Program-made: the position numbers and the translations under genes | NCBI GenBank assembly: GCA_951406725.2 | Contig: OX597840.1 | Coordinates: 24,118,001-24,182,000 of the forward strand | DNA: 64,000 nucleotides | Reading direction: 5' to 3' | From: Octopus vulgaris | Lineage: Eukaryota | Notes under the pieces: model-generated | The model's database searches: none | Told to the model about the DNA's origin: nothing | What the model saw: the letters and a program-made list of their open reading frames with translations, nothing else | Shown here: piece after piece, positions 60,376 to 64,000 of the stretch | Numbering within the stretch: position 1 is the first letter of the stretch | Layout: every line of letters begins with the position of its first letter

Positions 60376-60393
60376 AATAGAATTATCACAGAG

Positions 60394-61382
<989 letters not shown>

Positions 61383-63080
61383 CTATGTTTTCTCTCCTGT
61401 GTGAATGTATTTGTGTTTAGTTAGGTTTTCATTCTCAGAGAATGATTTACCACAGATATCACAATGATAAGGTTTCTCTCCTGTGTGAATGTATTTGTGT
61501 TTAGTTAAGTGGTGATTCTGAAAGAATGATTTACCACAGATATCACAATGATACGGTTTCTCTCCTGTGTGAATGTATTTGTGAGTAGTTAAGTGGTGAT
61601 TCCGAGAGAATGATTTACCACATATATCACAATGATAAGGTTTCTCTCCTGTATGAATGTATTTGTGTTTAGTTAAGTACTGATTATGAGAGAATGATTT
61701 ACCACATATATCACAATGATAAGGTTTCTCTCCTGTGTGAATGTATTTGTGAGCAGTTAAGTGGTGATTTTGAGAGAATGATTTACCACAGATATCACAG
61801 TGATAAGGTTTCTCTCCTGTGTGAATGTATTTATGAGTAGTTAAGTGGTTATTTTGAGAGAATGATTCTCCACAGATATCACAATGATATGGTTTCTCTC
61901 CTGTATGAATACGTTTGTGAGTGGTTAGGTCACTATTTCCAGGGAATGATTTACCACAGATATCACAATGATATGGTTTCTCTCCCGTATGACTACGTTT
62001 GTGTTTACTCAAGTGGTAACTTTGAGAAAAAGATTTACCGCAAATATTACAGGGATAGGGTTTCTCACCTGTATGAATGCGCTTATGAGTAATTAAATGA
62101 TGATTTCGAGAGAATGATTTACCACAGATATCACAGTGATAAGGTTTCTCTCCTGTGTGAAGGTATTTGTGAGTAGTTAAGTGTTGATTTTGAGAGAATG
62201 ATTTACCACAGATATCACAATGATATGGTTTCTCTCCTGTATGAATACGTTTGTGTTTAATTAACTGACTACTTTCAGAGAATGATTTACCACAGATATC
62301 ACACTGATATGGTTTCTCTCCTGTGTGAATGTATTTGTGAGTGGTTAGGTCGCTATTTCTAGAGAATGATTTACCACAGATATCACACTGATAAGGTTTC
62401 TCTCCTGTGTGAATGTATTTGTGAGTAGTTAAGTAATGATTTCGAGAGAATGATTTACCACAGATATCACAATGATGTGGTTTCTCTCCTGTGTGAATGT
62501 ATTTGTGAGTGGTTAAGTGGTGATTTTGAGAGAATGATTTACCACAGATATCACAATGATATGGTTTCTCTCCTGTATGAATACGTTTGTGTTCAATTAA
62601 CTGACTACTTTTAGAGAATGATTTACCACAGATATCACAATGATATGGTTTCTCTCGTGTATGAATACGTTTGTGAGTGGTTAGGTCGCTATTTCTAGAG
62701 TATGATTTACCACAGATATCGCAATGATGTGACTTAACCACAATGTTGATGCATTTGTGAATAGCTAAGCTATAATTCTGAGAGAATGATTTACCACAGG
62801 TGTTACAGCGATACGGCTCGACACCTGCCTGAATGTGTTTATGTGTGGTCAAACGAACCTTTTCAGAGAATGATTTACCACAGATGTCACAGCGATAGAG
62901 ATCCTCTCCTGCAGGGAAACATTTGTGAATCGTCTGTTCATCTTTGAGAAAGAAGGACTTGTTGCAGACATCACAGTGAAATGATGTTTTCTCTTCTTCT
63001 TCTGTTTCATCTTCAGTAAAATCAATCCTTAACGACTGTGTATTACAATTAACCTCATTATCACGTAATTCATTTTCCAT
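61383..63080 (-). CDS. C2H2 zinc-finger protein (ZNF11, subfamily B), 19 units (about 16 canonical)
   Basis: 565-aa ORF with highly homogeneous 84-bp finger repeats. Confidence 0.93.
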   Translation of the reverse strand: MENELRDNEVNCNTQSLRIDFTEDETEEEEKTSFHCDVCNKSFFLKDEQTIHKCFPAGEDLYRCDICGKSFSEKVRLTTHKHIQAGVEPYRCNTCGKSFSQNYSLAIHKCINIVVKSHHCDICGKSYSRNSDLTTHKRIHTREKPYHCDICGKSFSKSSQLIEHKRIHTGEKPYHCDICGKSFSQNHHLTTHKYIHTGEKPHHCDICGKSFSRNHYLTTHKYIHTGEKPYQCDICGKSFSRNSDLTTHKYIHTGEKPYQCDICGKSFSESSQLIKHKRIHTGEKPYHCDICGKSFSQNQHLTTHKYLHTGEKPYHCDICGKSFSRNHHLITHKRIHTGEKPYPCNICGKSFSQSYHLSKHKRSHTGEKPYHCDICGKSFPGNSDLTTHKRIHTGEKPYHCDICGESFSQNNHLTTHKYIHTGEKPYHCDICGKSFSQNHHLTAHKYIHTGEKPYHCDICGKSFSHNQYLTKHKYIHTGEKPYHCDICGKSFSRNHHLTTHKYIHTGEKPYHCDICGKSFFQNHHLTKHKYIHTGEKPYHCDICGKSFSENENLTKHKYIHTGEKT

Positions 63081-63154
63081 TATTTTTCTCCTCTCACCAC
63101 AAAGTCCAAATGTCTTTCTTTTTTTTTATATTCTATTCCCCAGTTATTTCTGTT

Positions 63155-63355
63155 GCTTGAAATGCTTAGCGGTATTTCGTCTGTCTTTTTGTTCTGAGTT
63201 CAAATTCCACCGAGGTCGACTTTGCCTTTCATCCTTTCAGGGTCAATAAATAAAGTACCAGTTTCACACTGGGGTAGATATAATCGACTTAATCGCTTCG
63301 TCTGTCCTTATTTGTACCCTCTATGTTTAGCCCCCTAGTGGGCAATAAAGAAATA
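63155..63355 (+). mobile_element. SINE family B in the ZNF11 5' leader
   Basis: Same core. Confidence 0.8.
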
Positions 63356-63658
63356 TATATTTCCATCAACTTTAATCATTGTCAATATCTGAGGGGGCTG
63401 CCAATTCCTTTGCAATCCAGGTTTAATTGGAATACATGATTGGTTTTCTTGCACCTATTCCAGGCAGTAAAGTACAGAAATGCTGCTAATAATCACACTC
63501 CCAAAGAAAATCTTTTACAATACTATAATCGATTTATATAAACAGGGTAATAGTTCTTCTGTGTAGCATCTTAGTTTCATCTCAAAGAATATATCATATA
63601 TATTCATGATGTGTTCGATGTAAAATCTTCTTTTATGCTAAATATCCTCTCTGATACT

Positions 63659-63680
63659 CTGAAATAAAAAAGAAATAATA
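63659..63680 (-). other. Putative splice acceptor for the ZNF11 main exon
   Basis: Minus strand TATTTCTTTTTTATTTCAG|AGTATCAG; the downstream leader is alignable to the ZNF10 leader. Confidence 0.6.
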
Positions 63681-64000
63681 TGAGATATAGAATATACTTG
63701 AAAAGTAAAGATTAAATAATGAAAATTTTATTACGTTTTTATACTGATAAACTGGAGATACAAACCTTTAGCTGGCCAAATAAACGTTAACACGTCAGTC
63801 TGACAAACAAAAAAGGAGATTATAAGGTAGTTATGGGATGTGCTAAAAATAATAGTTAAATAGCTCTTAAATCACGCAGCAATTTAAAAAATTTTGTTTT
63901 GGTTTTTGCACAATCCTATGAATTACAGATTCGCAAGAGTTTTCTAAAAATTCCCCAAAAGTTTTGAACCAACAAAGAATTTATAATTTACATCTGCTGT

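Overview
AT-rich eukaryotic genomic DNA holding a cluster of 11 C2H2 (Kruppel-type) zinc-finger genes whose ORFs are uninterrupted, embedded in dense SINEs, MITEs, LINE 3' fragments and microsatellites. The repeat landscape and ZNF clustering suggest a coleoid cephalopod such as Octopus (inference, no database search). Two subfamilies are visible. Subfamily A (ZNF1-5 on -, ZNF6-9 on +) shares a short N-terminal module, an atypical acidic first finger and a conserved upstream element: two AGGGA-N13/14-CACCG half-sites 37-39 bp apart, usually 130-139 bp from the ATG. An orphan copy of the element with no gene lies at the window start. Subfamily B (ZNF10 +, ZNF11 -, convergent) starts MENELR, has a shared 5'-UTR splice acceptor and homogenised finger arrays. 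ZNF7 looks like an unequal-crossover hybrid of ZNF8 (5') and ZNF6 (3'). Other features are Merlin-like MITEs with TTAGGG cores, a Penelope-type minimal hammerhead ribozyme and decayed finger tails behind several genes. ZNF1-11 and E0-E9 are my own labels in window order; all alignments were done by eye.
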